A program made the position numbers and the translations under genes. A stretch of 63,657 bases of DNA, the filler included, from Vannella sp. (lineage: Eukaryota): the NCBI GenBank assembly GCA_023345925.1. It is 8 parts of 8 records of this genome, joined end to end, with 100 filler letters (N's around TTAATTAATTAA, not from the genome) between each part and the next. Parts side by side here need not be neighbours in the genome. Positions count along the whole stretch, not along the records: positions 29,040 to 39,134 come from JAJQQN010000328.1; positions 39,235 to 44,145 come from JAJQQN010001417.1; positions 44,246 to 50,673 come from JAJQQN010001234.1; 5 more parts are not named here. One strand, 5' to 3'. This document shows positions 35,644 to 48,554 of this stretch, one piece after another. The stretch's first letter is position 1; each line of letters begins with the position of its first letter. The notes beneath the pieces were generated by a model that was given only the letters and a program-made list of their open reading frames with translations, was not told the origin of the DNA and searched no databases.

Positions 35644-35862
35644 CAAAAAGTGAACTTCTGCCGTCCTTATCGCCCCAAACACGCTACTATCAGGCTCACC
35701 TTCAACCCCAGAGGTGGCTACGCTGTCTTCTTAGCCCCTACAACGAGATAAGGTACTCCTGTCGTCTTTGGAACACTCCAATGAAGGCCCTGACGATGAA
35801 ATAGGCACTTCTATGAAGATTGGAAGAGGGAGGGATGGAAGGGGATCATTGTTGAGGGCCTC

Positions 35863-37039
35863 ATGGTGAGGGCGGTGGAGGCTCTGACGTTGATTGTCAC
35901 CACCTCGCAAACACAGTCCAATCCTGATCTCTCTACGATAAGTAGAGTGTTGGATGGTCTGTATGGTATCGAAGGACTGGGTAGCTGTCGGTACGGAAGG
36001 GTTCTCTTTGCTGTTTTGGTTGATTCGGATGGCTGATGATCGGTTTGCTAGGTGGATCATCATGTGCGATGGCTTTGCTGCTCGTAGACTGAAAGAGAAG
36101 AAGCTTTGGAAAGAAGGAACCGCCATTGCTGCGGATGACACCCTCACCAGGTCGAAAGAAGTGGCGCAAGCCAATTATGAGACCTACAAGTCCAACCTGC
36201 GTGCTCTGGTCAGCCAACCCGGATACGAAAACATTGAAGTCATGGAGTACCAAGAGAACCAAGGCTTCTCCGTCCTCGTACAAGCAGCCGTTTTCGAGAT
36301 AGTGAAGACTCCGCTTGTGATGGTCATTCAGCATGACTGGCACTTCCAGCGACCTGTTGACTTGGACTTCATTCTTAACGAGTGTTTCAATGCCAGGAAC
36401 GGCCTTGCAAGAGACGCCAGCTTGAACTATGTCACTTTCAGCACTTCCGCCTCGAAGAACCACTTTTTGCAGATCTTTGAGGAGTATAACAAGCACTTGA
36501 AAGCTTTACCACAGCTACAACAACTAGAGAAGCCTCCTTATTCTATAGCGCTCTCGCAGAACCTGTACCTGCCTTCACAAGTGAAGAAAAAGAAGGCCAA
36601 CGATTCTCACTCAAACTCTGATGTTGTTGCAGAAGGCAAATCTGGCCAAGAGAAGGATGGGGTGACTGATAGTGTAGAGGAGGAGCGTAGATGCTCCCTC
36701 TTTCCCCTGGTGTATTTCTTCGACCGAAACCACATTGCCAGAGTGGAGTTCTACAGGGATGTTGTCTTTCAGGAGAAAAGCAGTAGCAACAGCTTCTTGG
36801 AAACTAGTTTTGGAGAGCATGTGCGCCGCTTGAGCAAACAGGAGGGCTTTGAAACGATTTTCCAGCGCTACCGAATGGCCATGTTTCATCCTGATCTTCC
36901 CCAATATCTCTCCCCTGGCGCACTACCTCTTATCTGCAATCCCACTTTGGTCCATCTGAATGGCAGGACTTCAGTAAATGATGAACAGAAAAGGATCCTC
37001 CAATCCCGATCTCTTCAAGAGAGCGTTGCACCAATCTAA
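35863..37039 (+). CDS. Putative GT-A fold glycosyltransferase-like protein
   Basis: First exon LTLIVTTSQTQSNP, then IIMCDG and KTPLVMVIQHDWHF (DxD-equivalent region), and LVHLNGR. Confidence 0.5.
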
Positions 37040-37326
37040 AGCAGCCACGTCACATTTCTTATTCCTTCGAGAAAGGAACTTTTCTGTATATCTGGAGCAT
37101 CACAAATAGTGATGCTTCTCACTCCAAATTGACTCCCCATCACTCACACCAATGGTTGTCCATTGATCCAACAGTTTAGGTTCAGATTCAAACTTATGTT
37201 GTATTGCAAAGAAATGCTTGTCTGGGGTGTTCTGATAAAGCGAAAGAGTAGGTTGTGACAAAGAGATATTTTGGAGATATTTCACACCTTGATTGCTGAT
37301 TGGTGGAACAACCATTTTCTCAGGGA

Positions 37327-38627
37327 ATGGCGGGACTGCAAGCCTCTTTTGAAACCTTCAAGGTCTGAAGTTCTAGGGTGCTTCTCGGGAACTCATCATC
37401 CTTGCAGGTGTGGATGGCAGCAATCTTTGAAAAGGAGAATGGCTCCAACTTCTACGTAAGAGTGGATCGTGATGGATCAGTGGAGACCATCTTTGGTAGG
37501 AGACATCTCTTTAGCAAAGTTGGTGTCACTTTCTAACAAGCTCATCTGCAGTTGGTACTCCAGAAACGGCCAGTTTTGGCTTTCCTGTGTTTTCAGCCAG
37601 CCGCACTCTCGGGCAGGACTGCTACTTTCAATCAAGTAAGTTTCCTGAAGAGATTAACCTCTAACATTTCAAACCTAGTCCAGTTGTGCCTTGGAGAAGA
37701 ATCTGTGCAGTTTGGCCTTAAGACCCCGTAGAACCCTCCAAATGGTGTACGTGGATGCATTCTCAAGGTTAGTTTGGTTTGAATTGCATGTTGGTGACAT
37801 TTCTCACAAATGTAAGATCTGCAACCTCAATCCTGCGGGATGGTCACCATTTCTGGAGTGCTTCATGGAGTACTGCGGGGTGTTGCCTCAAATTGTCCCT
37901 GATTGCGCTTTATTCATGGAGATTGACGGAGTGGTCCAATCTAGTCCAAGGCAAAGCTCTTCCCTTGATTTCATTCTTGTTGTCTAATGGAAGCTCGTAG
38001 CGTCGACTGTTCTCATACAGAACTTCATTGTGGAATGGAGTGCAACTTGAGGCAACAACGCGAATCGTCTAATTCTGAGCTCCTCATATCCTTCTCATCT
38101 CAATTTCACCGATTTTATGATGCCCTTTGACTCCTTAACCTTCAAACGTCCGAATTGTGATTCGCGGCGTTTTGCTGATGACTCATCAGCAAGGATTACA
38201 AGAGCTCAAAGAAATTCTTTCTCTCTGCGAATGGGAGGCTCTGCCGATGCAAGTTCACCTTCAGCTGGGTTGGGGAAGATTTTTCGAGTACTGTTTCCCA
38301 ATATCCTCCACCACGGACCACACGCAAGGGAGCTGGACGCTGACATTGGATCTGGAGTTCGACCATCTTAGCCATTTGGAGATCTCCAGAGTGGTCAAGA
38401 AATGCATTCTGGGATTCAAGCAAAAGTATCCTCAGCAAAGGACTTTCAGGAACAAGACTGAATCTATCGGGAATCGTGAAAGCATTGTGCGCTCGATCAA
38501 AGGCATCCTCACTCATTCGCAAAATGCCACCTTTCAACACGAGTGCCTAACTCTCCTCGGCATCCGCCTTGGAGACCACATTTCCAACAACTTGCGAGAA
38601 GTCTTACGTTCGGACAAAGCAGAGTAA
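37327..38627 (+). CDS. Multi-exon hypothetical protein; C-terminus resembles MTOPVIB/TOP6BL
   Basis: GT-AG introns at about 37363-37407, 37496-37540, 37636-37678 and 37768-37816. C-terminal exon reads VVKKCILGFKQKYP..IVRSIKGILTHSQNATFQHECLTLLG. Confidence 0.45.
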
Positions 38628-38947
38628 AGCATGCGCTAATGTGTGACGTAATCGATTCGCAGGACGGAGTTATGATGGGGAACCGGAAGGTAGACTTCGC
38701 ATTGGGGAGAACCACAAAACGTCAATGCTGTCGAATTCGGACAAGGTCCGGTCAGCATAAAGCCACGCTGAGTCCCTCTGGTGAATGCGGCCTGGGCAAA
38801 AGAATCTCTGTTTTCTGTGCTCCAAGGTACACATCCGTACGCTCGGACAAAGGAAAGTAGATCATGAAAAAACGCATTTGAGGAACGTCAGATGGTTTAT
38901 TGAAAGGGAATAATGAAAGGGAGAGGTTCACGGATGTCATGATGTGG

Positions 38948-39134
38948 CTATTGGGCTAATCGGCTCCTGATTTCTTTCTGCAATTGTGCAGCCCTCCATC
39001 GAAAGTAAATTTCAATGGCAATCACACTCAAGCCGATGATGACAATGGCTCCAATAATCAGCGCAAGAGAGATCCAAGAGAGAGTGTTGTCTCCACTGGC
39101 AGAGCTGCAAGGGTCACCACCGCCAACATTGCCT
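38948..39134 (-). CDS. 3' end of a single-pass membrane protein (truncated by contig end)
   Basis: ..DPCSSASGDNTLSWISLALIIGAIVIIGLSVIAIEIYFRWRAAQLQKEIRSRLAQ*. Confidence 0.55.
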
Positions 39135-39234
39135 NNNNNNNNNNNNNNNNNNNNNNNNNNNNNNNNNNNNNNNNNNNNTTAATTAATTAANNNNNNNNNN
39201 NNNNNNNNNNNNNNNNNNNNNNNNNNNNNNNNNN
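39135..39234. other. Artificial contig linker
   Basis: 44 N + TTAATTAATTAA + 44 N. Confidence 0.99.
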
Positions 39235-39632
39235 CTCAAGCTCTTTCAGCATTGGATCCTAATGGTCAAAGCGGTCACGTGGCTCTCGGGAACGTGGCTC
39301 CAGCAGTAGAAGGATATGATGATGTCTGCGGAACGGCTCAGCTCTACTTCAACTGGAACATGGAAGCACGCGTTGACGATGATGACGGAGCTGGTTTGAT
39401 CTACTTCTTCAATAACGGAACCTTCTACGACTACACCTACGACTACTATGGTCCCTGGTGGAACATCCGAGAGAACGGCGACGACATCTTCTTCTTTGAG
39501 TACCCTACAGTGGTCTACGTGGCACCCACCAACGATGCAAGAGGCTCCATGATCCAACGAGGGACTTTCATCTGCGGGTCGTGGTTTTCAAGTGGGTGGA
39601 AGTGGCTCTGTGATAGCACCTGTGGGGTCTAA
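39235..39632 (+). CDS. 3' part of a hypothetical aromatic/Asp-rich protein, 5'-truncated
   Basis: 126-aa open frame with protein-like composition, ending 80 bp before FIG4. Confidence 0.5.
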
Positions 39633-39712
39633 AGAAGACTACTTCCACTCTCTCTCATCAATGAAGCTTGTTTGAACGTTCAAAGACCGGAAAAGACTCA
39701 TTTTAGCTTGGC

Positions 39713-42700
39713 ATGGCGGAGGAGAGGGCGAAGGAGAAATACTTCTCTTTTGCGCCACATCAGCCGCAGTGGCACGATGTGTGTGGTACTGGGGATACGC
39801 ACTTCTTAGATGTGGAGGAGGCGCAGCGGGAAGATCGGAGGACTCCAGAAGAGACGATCCCCATTCCCTTGCAACCCAAAAACCGAAGTGGGAAGCTCTC
39901 CCCCAGAGAGGAACGCGCTCCTGAAGCTTCCATTCCAATCGTTCATGACAACTTCCTCGGCAGAAGGCCCCACTTTCACAGCTTCACGCTTTACGAGACA
40001 AAGCACCGTTTTTTCCTTATTGCATCGCAGAAGGAGAGTGCCCAGGTTAGTTCAAGCTTCCCTTCTCCATACAACAGAGTCTAACAGGCCAATCAGTACA
40101 AGATCATGAAGATTGATCGCGGTGGAGCAAATGACGAGCTCCACGTTGACCTAGACCCAGCAGACTACACCGCTAACGAACTCAATAGACTCCTCAACAT
40201 GATTCACGAAGGAAACAAAGCCTCCAATGGACTCCGGAGGGTCTGCTCTGGAGATGGACTCCTCGGCTTCATCCGATTCACTCAAGGATACTATCTCGTC
40301 CTGATTACGGAAAAGGAGAAGCGGGGATCGATTGGACCCCATCAAATCTACTCTGTCACCAAGACCGGATACGTTTACGTCCCTTTTGGACAGAAAATCT
40401 CTTCCAACTCGGTGGAAGGACGTTACAAGAACCTCTTCTTCAGTCTAGACTTTACAGACTTCTACTTTAGCTACTCTTATGACCTCACTCATACCTTACA
40501 GCATAATCTGACGTACACTGGGGAACCCTATTACAACAAGTCATTCGCCTGGAACCATTATTTGATGAAGCCACTGCTTAGTAGTGGTTCCCAAGCAAGC
40601 TACTGGGCCCATCCGTTGGTCCACGGTTACTTTGCACAGAAGACACTATCCCAGCACGGTCGCTTGTTCCAGATGTCGATCATTGCTCGCCGTTCTCGTC
40701 ATTTTGCTGGAACTCGTTACTTGAAGCGTGGTGTGAATGGTCAAGGGCAGGTGGCTAATGACGTGGAAACAGAGCAAATTGCTGAGGACTGCAGTTTGGG
40801 GGCTCTTCAAAGCTGTGGATCCTTCACAGCCTTCGTTCAGATGAGAGGCAGTATTCCCTTATTCTGGGGACAAGAGCCACGCACTCTTACTCCCAAGCCA
40901 CCCATATTCCTTCAAAGATGCGACCCTCTTTATGCTGCTACAAAACTGCACTTTCGGGACCTATTCCGGCGGTTTGGCTCTCCTGTTGTTGTCTTGAATC
41001 TTGTGAAGAAGAAGGAAAAGAAGCCGAGAGAGTCTGTCCTTCGTACAGAGCTTGGTGCTGCTATTCAAGAGATCAATGAGCTCCTTCCCCCTCATTTTAA
41101 GATCAGGTACATCAGCTGGGACTTTAGCCGTGCCGCCAAGAGTGAATCTGAGAATGTTATCACCCAGATGTCAGCATTGGCAGAGGAGGCCTTGAAGGAG
41201 ACTAATTTCTTCCATTCTGGGAGACATCTGTACGCTAATAAGGTCATAAGAGATAACCTCTTTCAACATATTGTCAGTGATGGCTACACGAATGACACTG
41301 GCCGTATCCAGCACGGAGTTCTCCGCTCCAATTGTATTGATTCTTTGGACCGCACCAATGCTGCACAGTTTGTCACTGGGAAAGTGGTGATGGGCTACCA
41401 ACTCTATGCTATGGGAATCATTTCCTCTCCTGAGCTTGACTGGGACGAGAAGATTGCAGAGGTTCTGACCTACCTCTACCAAGACATGGGCAACAGCCTT
41501 GCTCTGCAGTATGGAGGCTCAGAGCTAGCTCATACGATGAAGTCTTACAAGGAAAAGAACAAGAGTCTTGGGAATAAGCCTCGTGATTTACTTACCTCAT
41601 TCCGTCGATACTATTCAAACTCTTTTATGGACAACGAAAAACAAGACAAGATTAACCTGTTCCTGGGAAACTACAAGCCCTGGCAAGAAACTACCGAGCT
41701 GTGGGACTTGGAAACGGACTATTACCTCCACATGAAGGATCCCTCGTACTCTGAAACGATGATGCTTTAGTGAGTCTCACCTTATTGATGTTGAATACGA
41801 GACTAACATAGCGCAGTGAGAAGTGGTGGGAAAACTCGGTGAACCAATTCTATCGATTCAAACAGCCGCATGTCCACAGCACTGACTTTCCAAGGCGGAT
41901 TCATTCGTTGGATTTTAGTGAAGATGAAACCCGTGGTGCTTTATTCCATGAAGCCCATGGAAGTTCTCAGTTGACTAGCTTCGATAAGAAACTCAAAATT
42001 CTTGACGGCAAACCTACTTCGGAGACAGATGATCCCGTGGTGGCACTTGAAAACTTCAAGTCTGGGACTTCCTCCAACAAGGAGCAAAACTTCTACTACG
42101 GGCGCCGAAAGAAATGGCTCACCATTGCCCCCACAGATAACTCAAAGAGTTCTGTGAGACGAGTAGAAGTTGACTGGGATCCCAAGTCTGAGTCTCACAG
42201 TGATTTCAGCATTGCCAGGCGCCAGGCTCTTATCCAAGTCCTCATTTGGGGTCCTCGCTACAACCTCCTTAGCAAGTATAAGATATGCCTCCAAATTCCT
42301 GTTTCTAGCCGCCAACTCTACATCGCCTACACTAATGTCACTGTTAATACTCCACCCACCCCAGCTGACTTGAACACAGTCCAGACAATAATCGCTCCCA
42401 AGTACTCCTTCACCACATTTGGTGACATTGAAGCAGAACCTACTCCTGAGTATTGGTTCCCCATCACAGGCCGCCTCAAAAGTTTCCCTGCACGGCGAAA
42501 GTCTGACTTGCCGGAAATCACTGTTGCCTCTTCGGCTGAAAGGGAGCCATCAGGGATTCACAGCGGCATTTCAAACTTACGACGTCTATCTCGTCGCTCC
42601 TCAGAGCAATCAGCCCTCTTTGCCAAGGACCGAGGCTCCAGTGAGGTCCCATCAAAGAGTGCCCTCTTCAACGACCCAGTCACAACAAATCGCGAGCAAA

Positions 42701-42930
42701 GAGTCAACAACCTCTTCCGCACAAGCGACGAGCAGCTCAGAATCAAGTACCAGAAGTTAGTAGACAGTTATGAACATCTAGGGGATCCTTCTACGTCCAG
42801 CAGCTCCTACTTGGCCAAAGCAAATCACTTTCAAACGCAACTGGCCTCCACCGCACAACAATTGTCCATTCGGAACATTTCCAATCACAGTTTCTCGGTG
42901 TACACTAAAGCCTGTGCGCAGCAATGCTGA
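39713..42930 (+). CDS. FIG4: PI(3,5)P2 5-phosphatase FIG4/Sac3
   Basis: FTLYETKHRFFLI, LLGFIRFTQGYY, ARRSRHFAGTRYLKRG..VANDVETEQ, QMRGSIPLFW, CX5RT motif RSNCIDSLDRTN, and RYYSNSFMD.EKQD.INLFLG. Confidence 0.95.
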
Positions 42931-42999
42931 TAGCAGTCAAAGCACTCATCAGTTACTGCATTTCCCTCCTTTCCTTCATTTTTTGGTCGCCGACTGGGG

Positions 43000-44020
43000 A
43001 TGGAGGTGTCAGGCACGGGAACGGGCGATGACCGTACGATGGAGGAAGACTTGCAAGAGGACTTGTTTTTGCAGGAGTTGAAGGATCTGGCAGAGAGCTC
43101 TCAAATGGAACAAAGTGAGGAGCCTCCACGGAAGAAAGCTCGAACGGAGGAGGAGGTCATCACCAGGCAACCTGTCCTTGTTTCCGATTCAAGTCTAGGT
43201 GGTTCGTATGGTACTTCTATACATCCCAGCAGAACGGGAGCACCGGCTTTTATAGGCTACATCTCCCAAAGACATACACTTGCACCAGAGATCCCCGTGG
43301 CTTCTGAGGTTCCCATGCCCTCTGGATACCGGCCCGATCGACCAACTACAGATGGAATCTCAGCAGGTCGTCCCCTAGTTGACCGCTCAAAGCTGAAGAA
43401 GGACCACACAGGGTTTAGCTTGGCTGCCGAGAGGGAACGTTCAACACACGAGAGCATTATCAGGAGGCTAGCACAGGACAACCCAGCTCCTTTCGTTGCT
43501 CCAACCAAGTACATCCTCAAGAAAGCAGGAGTGGAATGGGAAGATCCGACCTTGGCGCAGTGGAATCCGAGTATGTACCAGGCTGGGGCCACTCCATTGC
43601 TCACAGGATCGCACAGATGATTTCCGAATCTTTGTGGGTAACATTGGACCTGAAATCACGGACGAATCACTGCGAACGGCCTTCTCCAAGGTAAGTTGAC
43701 CTCACCGAATGTCAATTCAGTTCAAAGTCTGACGAGGGACCTAGTACCCCTCATTCTTGAAAGCAAAGGTGATTATGGACAAGAAGAATGACAAGTCCAA
43801 GGGATATGGCTTTATTTCCTTTGCTGATCCAACAGACTACTTGCGAGTGATGAAAGAAATGCAAGGTCAATACGTGGGCAACCGTCCTTTGATGCTGAAG
43901 AAGAGCAACTGGAAGAGTCGTTTGGATGTAGAAAAGATTGAGGAGGAGAGAGCGAACCAAGACAAGAAATCGAACGAAAAACAAAAGTTCAGCAGGAAGT
44001 TGGCTCCAGCGCTGATGTAA
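43000..44020 (+). CDS. RBM42: RNA-binding protein RBM42 (tri-snRNP associated)
   Basis: WEDPTLAQW..DDFRIFVGNIG..KSKGYGFISF..KEMQGQYVGNRP.MLKKSNWK. Two introns. Confidence 0.92.
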
Positions 44021-44145
44021 GCCATTCTAAGCCATTGGCAAGGCATTTCCAGAAAGAAATAAACGCCTTTATTGAATACTTCCGTCCATTTCACCAAAAG
44101 AAGGAACTTCAGAAAGGGCGGGAACGAATCAGTCTTTTCTGTCCA

Positions 44146-44245
44146 NNNNNNNNNNNNNNNNNNNNNNNNNNNNNNNNNNNNNNNNNNNNTTAATTAATTA
44201 ANNNNNNNNNNNNNNNNNNNNNNNNNNNNNNNNNNNNNNNNNNNN
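44146..44245. other. Artificial contig linker
   Basis: 44 N + TTAATTAATTAA + 44 N. Confidence 0.99.
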
Positions 44246-45403
44246 CAGTACCAAACCTCCCTCTTGAATGATGTTCTCCCCTTTTGGGAAAGGCACTCGT
44301 TAGATCGAACCAACGGAGGCTACTTTACTTGCTTGACTCGAGATGGTGACGTGTACGACAAGGATAAGTTCATTTGGCTCCAGAACCGCCAGGTTTGGCT
44401 GTTCTCCATGCTTTACAACCGGTTGGAGAAGAAGGAAAGCTGGCTGAGTGTGGCAGAGCACGGCGCTTCATTCCTGGCTCAACATGGGCGCGATACCGAA
44501 GGCAATTGGTACTTTTCTCTCAACCAAGCTGGCCAGCCCCTCATCCAGCCCTACAACATCTTCTCTGACTGCTTTGCGGCAATGGCATACAGCCAATACG
44601 CTTTGGCTAGCGGGAAGGAAGAAGCCAAAGCGGTTGCTCTTCAAGCCTACAACAACGTCTTGCGACGGAAGGACCATCCCAAAGGCCACTATGACAAAGG
44701 CTTTCCGGGGACCCGGCCACTCAAGTCACTGGCTGTTCCTATGATCCTTGCCAACTTGACCTTGGAAATGGATTGGCTGTTGGAGGGAGACCGTTTGAAT
44801 GACATCCTGAAAGCTACTGTGGCGGAGGTTATGACTGATTTCCTCGACCCAGAACTTGGGTTGATGCTAGAGAATGTCACCCCTGAGGGACAACGGGTGG
44901 ACTGCCACGAAGGTCGATTGCTGAATCCAGGACATGGCATTGAGGCCATGTGGTTCTTGATGGACATTGGAGAGCGCCTAGGGGACCAAGCTTTGATTCA
45001 ACAGGCGGTAGAAGTGACTTTGAAGACTCTGGAGTACGCCTGGGACAAGGAGCATGGAGGGATATTCTACTTTATGGACCGTTTGGGTGCGCCACCACAA
45101 CAACTGGAATGGGACCAGAAGCTCTGGTGGGTTCATTTGGAGACTCTGGTCGCCTTGTTGATGGGCTTCCGCCTAACTGGCAACCCCCAATGCTGGGAGT
45201 GGTTTGAGCGGGTGCACGAATACTCTTGGGCCCACTTTGCCGACCCCGAGAAGGGGGAATGGTTTGGCTATCTCAATCGCCGAGGCGAGGTTCTGCTCCA
45301 ACTCAAAGGAGGCAAGTGGAAAGGGTGCTTCCACGTCCCCCGCGCCCTCTACCTGTGCTGGCAACAGCTGGACCTCATCAAGACACAGGACCAAGCCAAG
45401 TGA
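44246..45403 (+). CDS. N-acylglucosamine 2-epimerase (AGE), bacterial/cyanobacterial type, intronless, about 10 aa missing at the 5' end
   Basis: [86 protein letters not shown]. Confidence 0.96.
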   Translation, partial: QYQTSLLNDVLPFWERHSLDRTNGGYFTCLTRDGDVYDKDKFIWLQNRQVWLFSMLYNRLEKKESWLSVAEHGASFLAQHGRDTEGNWYFSLNQAGQPLIQPYNIFSDCFAAMAYSQYALASGKEEAKAVALQAYNNVLRRKDHPKGHYDKGFPGTRPLKSLAVPMILANLTLEMDWLLEGDRLNDILKATVAEVMTDFLDPELGLMLENVTPEGQRVDCHEGRLLNPGHGIEAMWFLMDIGERLGDQALIQQAVEVTLKTLEYAWDKEHGGIFYFMDRLGAPPQQLEWDQKLWWVHLETLVALLMGFRLTGNPQCWEWFERVHEYSWAHFADPEKGEWFGYLNRRGEVLLQLKGGKWKGCFHVPRALYLCWQQLDLIKTQDQAK

Positions 45404-45476
45404 ACATGGAACCAAGCCAAGCAGAGACAGAACCCCTACTAAACGCAGAGAAGGAGAAAAGGCTCATTTCGTGGCG

Positions 45477-47041
45477 ATGGCGGAGCTCTTGGCTGCCGAA
45501 GGGGACTTTGAGGATGCGGGCTTGTTCGACGAGGATGAGCTTCAGGCAGAGTCTACAGTTTCCGAGGAGGAGCGAGTCGCAGGATCAAGCGCACCAGAGT
45601 GGGTGGGCGACGAGGAGGTGACGGAGTGCCAAGGTTGTTTGCGTGTTTTCACGGTTACCTTCCGCCGGCATCACTGCCGTGGTTGTGGGAAGATCTATTG
45701 TGACGAGTGCTCTTCACAGAGTAGTTTGATGCCCCCCTCCTTTGGTCTAAGAGACGGTCCCAAGCGTGTGTGCGATCGGTGTGCGAAAGTGTTCTTCCCA
45801 TACGAACCGCTGCTTGCTCTGACCTCGGCTGGTCATCAGATCGAGTTCGGACGTGTGGGACAAGGCGAGGAGATCGTTATGATCTTCCATGGCTCGATAG
45901 GAGACTACACTGGAGGACTAGCAGCCGCCTACCCACTCATGGACTCTCAAGAGCTCTACGAGCGCTACACGTTGATCTGTTTCTCGCGCCCTGGGTACGG
46001 TTTGACTTCAATCGAGTTAGGCACTTCGTCTAGAGAGCAAGCAGAGGTTGCCATGCAGCTTTTAGGCGAACTGGGCATCTCCCTCACCCGCAAAGTGATT
46101 CTTCTTGCATACAGTGCAGGAGGACCGATAGCTATCGAGTTTGCTTTACGCTATCCATCAAGAGTAGCTTCTAGTGTGTGGATATCTGCCGTAACTCGCT
46201 CTTACTGGCCTGGTCAAGCCAAAGGCATTAGTGAAGAGCTCTCCTCTCAGAACCAGAGCGCTCTGGTGAAGCTGGCACTCAGCAGTAAGCTTGTACAAAG
46301 AGCAGGGATGTGGGTTCTACGTCGTATGTCCATCGCCTATCCCACAGGAACTCGCAAAGCACTGCGAACCCTCCTCTCCGAAACCTCTCTTTGGGAGGCT
46401 GACACGATAGACAGGCACACAGAACGCATCTTAACTTGCGAAGAGAACCTGTAGGCACCCCAGGTCCTCTGTACACTCCTACTGACCCTTTCCAGATGGT
46501 TCTTCCAAGCGATTGTCCAATCGATGGAATCTTCTGATGGCATCGAACTCGACCTCCGGATGGTAAGGCTGCCCTCTGTCATACGTCAGAAGGGCCTAAT
46601 GAGGGCGGGAAGCTTCGGGAAGTGCCTCAATTCCGCTTCGAAGAGATCACTTCGCCGGTCCTGGTTCTGCATGGGAAGAACGACGGCGATGTCTCGTTAA
46701 CGCACGCTGAGTCGGTTGTGAATCGAATACCAGACTGCACTTACTTTCCTTTGGACGATACAGAGCACCTGCTTTGGCTCAGCCCTCACTATAAGAAGGC
46801 CAAGGCACTTTTAGTGAGTTTCGTGTCGCAGCACCCTTCCACTCAACAAGGCCATGTTTCTCGCATGTCTGCCGATCCTTTCTCTTTCCCTTCGAGCTCG
46901 GAGACGTGGGTTGATTCCGTTGGCACAACAGGAGAAGAGCAAAGCCAACCGAGTCCGTTGGCCAACAATGTCTTTCAATCGCAAGTGTCTCGGGCCAGTT
47001 CACGCATTTCCTCGCGCGTAGAGGACATCTTTGAGCTCTAA
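45477..47041 (+). CDS. FYVE domain + alpha/beta-hydrolase fusion protein
   Basis: FYVE: WVGD..CQGC..RRHHCRGCG..RVCDRC. Hydrolase: FHGS, SRPGYG, AYSAGG, LHGKND, EHLLW. Two introns. Confidence 0.88.
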
Positions 47042-47122
47042 ACCACTTTCGTAAGCTTCTGAACTATCCTATCGGCCTGGAGAAGTCCATTCTCTCATCA
47101 TTTGATCCTTCCTGGCTCTTCC

Positions 47123-48529
47123 ATGTCTCCTTCCTCCATCTTTCTCGCGTTTGTGGAAGCCAAGAGGCGGATAAAGCGATACCAGGATGTAGAGGAGGTA
47201 GAAGAGCGGATTGGGCTTCTTGTAGAGGATGTGGAGGCCGCCATCTCCTCAGGATGGAAGAGGTTTCGGAGCCTTCGACTACTTCGCGATCTCCTTCGCG
47301 AGGAGCTGATCGATGGATCGATACTAGTCCAAGCACTGGCTATTCAAAACATATCTATTCATGAACTGATCTCTCCGCACTCTCTCGAGGGGAACGAAGC
47401 GGAGAGGGAAGCATCATTGGACCCTTTGGTGTGTTCAGGCACCACAAGCAGCTTCCTCCTTGCCTTATGCAAGGCAGGGGGGCTAGAGAGTGTGACGATA
47501 CGACAGGCTTTGACTTCCTCCCTCCAAAGCACCTTAAAGTTCCATCTTTCTCCTGATGCGAACCAACCTCTTGAAGCTCTCCACGTTTGGCACAATATGA
47601 AGCTAGCCAAGCTTCATTTGAGAGTATCTACTGATAGGAAAGAGAGACAGGAGAGGCCTCTTCTTGAACTGGTCGAGTCTCACAGAAAGTTGGTCCGAAC
47701 CGTCTTCTCCTTCAACCCAGAGAAAGAAGCGGGCCAGTCCCATTTCATCACTAACAGTGGGTCCTTTGGGTATGGCGCAATGTGTTTCATATCAGGAGCT
47801 TTGGTTATTCAGGATGTGGTAGCCCTTCTTGCTGTTTTACCAGATGCTGACGCGCTGGACCAGCTCTATCAGACCATCCAACTCCTTCATGGTGTGTCAG
47901 AGAAGCTCCCAGGCATAGACTTACCTGTGAACAGGCCAATCAGCCTTTGCGCTGGGAGAGCGGCTGCAAAAGCATTTGATGGAACTGCAAGATGACGATG
48001 TTGTGGATAGTCTCAGCCTTTTCCTTTCCCTTTATGAAGCTCTTCAAAGAGAGCACCTCAGTATACCGTTAGACGCGTCTTTGGTTCTACGCCAAGTGTG
48101 CTCGCCAGGGCACCTTCTCTTCTTTCTAGCAAGACACATTCACTTTGACCATTTGGTCCTTTCTGACTGGCTGCTGAGCCTGGATACTAACATTCTTGAG
48201 TTCCTCGTTGGGTAAGGACTTGTCTTTTCGTCAGTTCGCGAGGCTGACTCTTGTCTTGAAGAACTCTGCGTTGCCTTTGTGATACTCCTCCCTCCTCCAC
48301 CCACCAAGAGCTTGGTTCCTGCGTTTGTGAAGAAGAAACTCCACCAATAACTATCATAGAAGTTGGCGCTCTCATGACCGAGCGATTGGCTCACTTTTGC
48401 GTTCAATTGAGTCAGACACTTCGCCAACTGTCTCACGAAAACCTGTTTCCTTACAACGTTCTGCCTCTCTTGCGCTTGCTTTCCCGTACCAGCGAGTGGC
48501 TATCAAGAAAAGAAGAGGCAGACGCATAA
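47123..48529 (+). CDS. Protein Lines homolog (LINS-like)
   Basis: LMELQDDDVV, PGHLLFFL..FDHLVLSDWLLS.DT..LEFLV and ENLFPYNVLPLLRLL match Lines C-terminal motifs. Confidence 0.78.
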
Positions 48530-48554
48530 ATGGAGCGGATTGGACCATTCTTTG

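Noticed and set aside
37100..37490. Minus-strand exon-like ORFs
   Set aside because: Plus-strand splice signals give a consistent gene from 37327, and no coherent minus-strand model could be built.
38603..38870. Degenerate 29-bp direct repeat (about 38605 and 38838) duplicating a gene's 3' end
   Set aside because: Short and diverged, with no element features between the copies. Probably a local duplication.
41325..41360. FIG4 active site reads CIDSLDRT rather than CxDCLDRT
   Set aside because: The catalytic CX5RT is intact and only a non-catalytic position differs.
45204..45476. Apparent overlap of the AGE gene with the 416-aa FYVE ORF
   Set aside because: The ORF caller used an upstream non-ATG start. 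The plausible ATG is at 45477, after the AGE stop.
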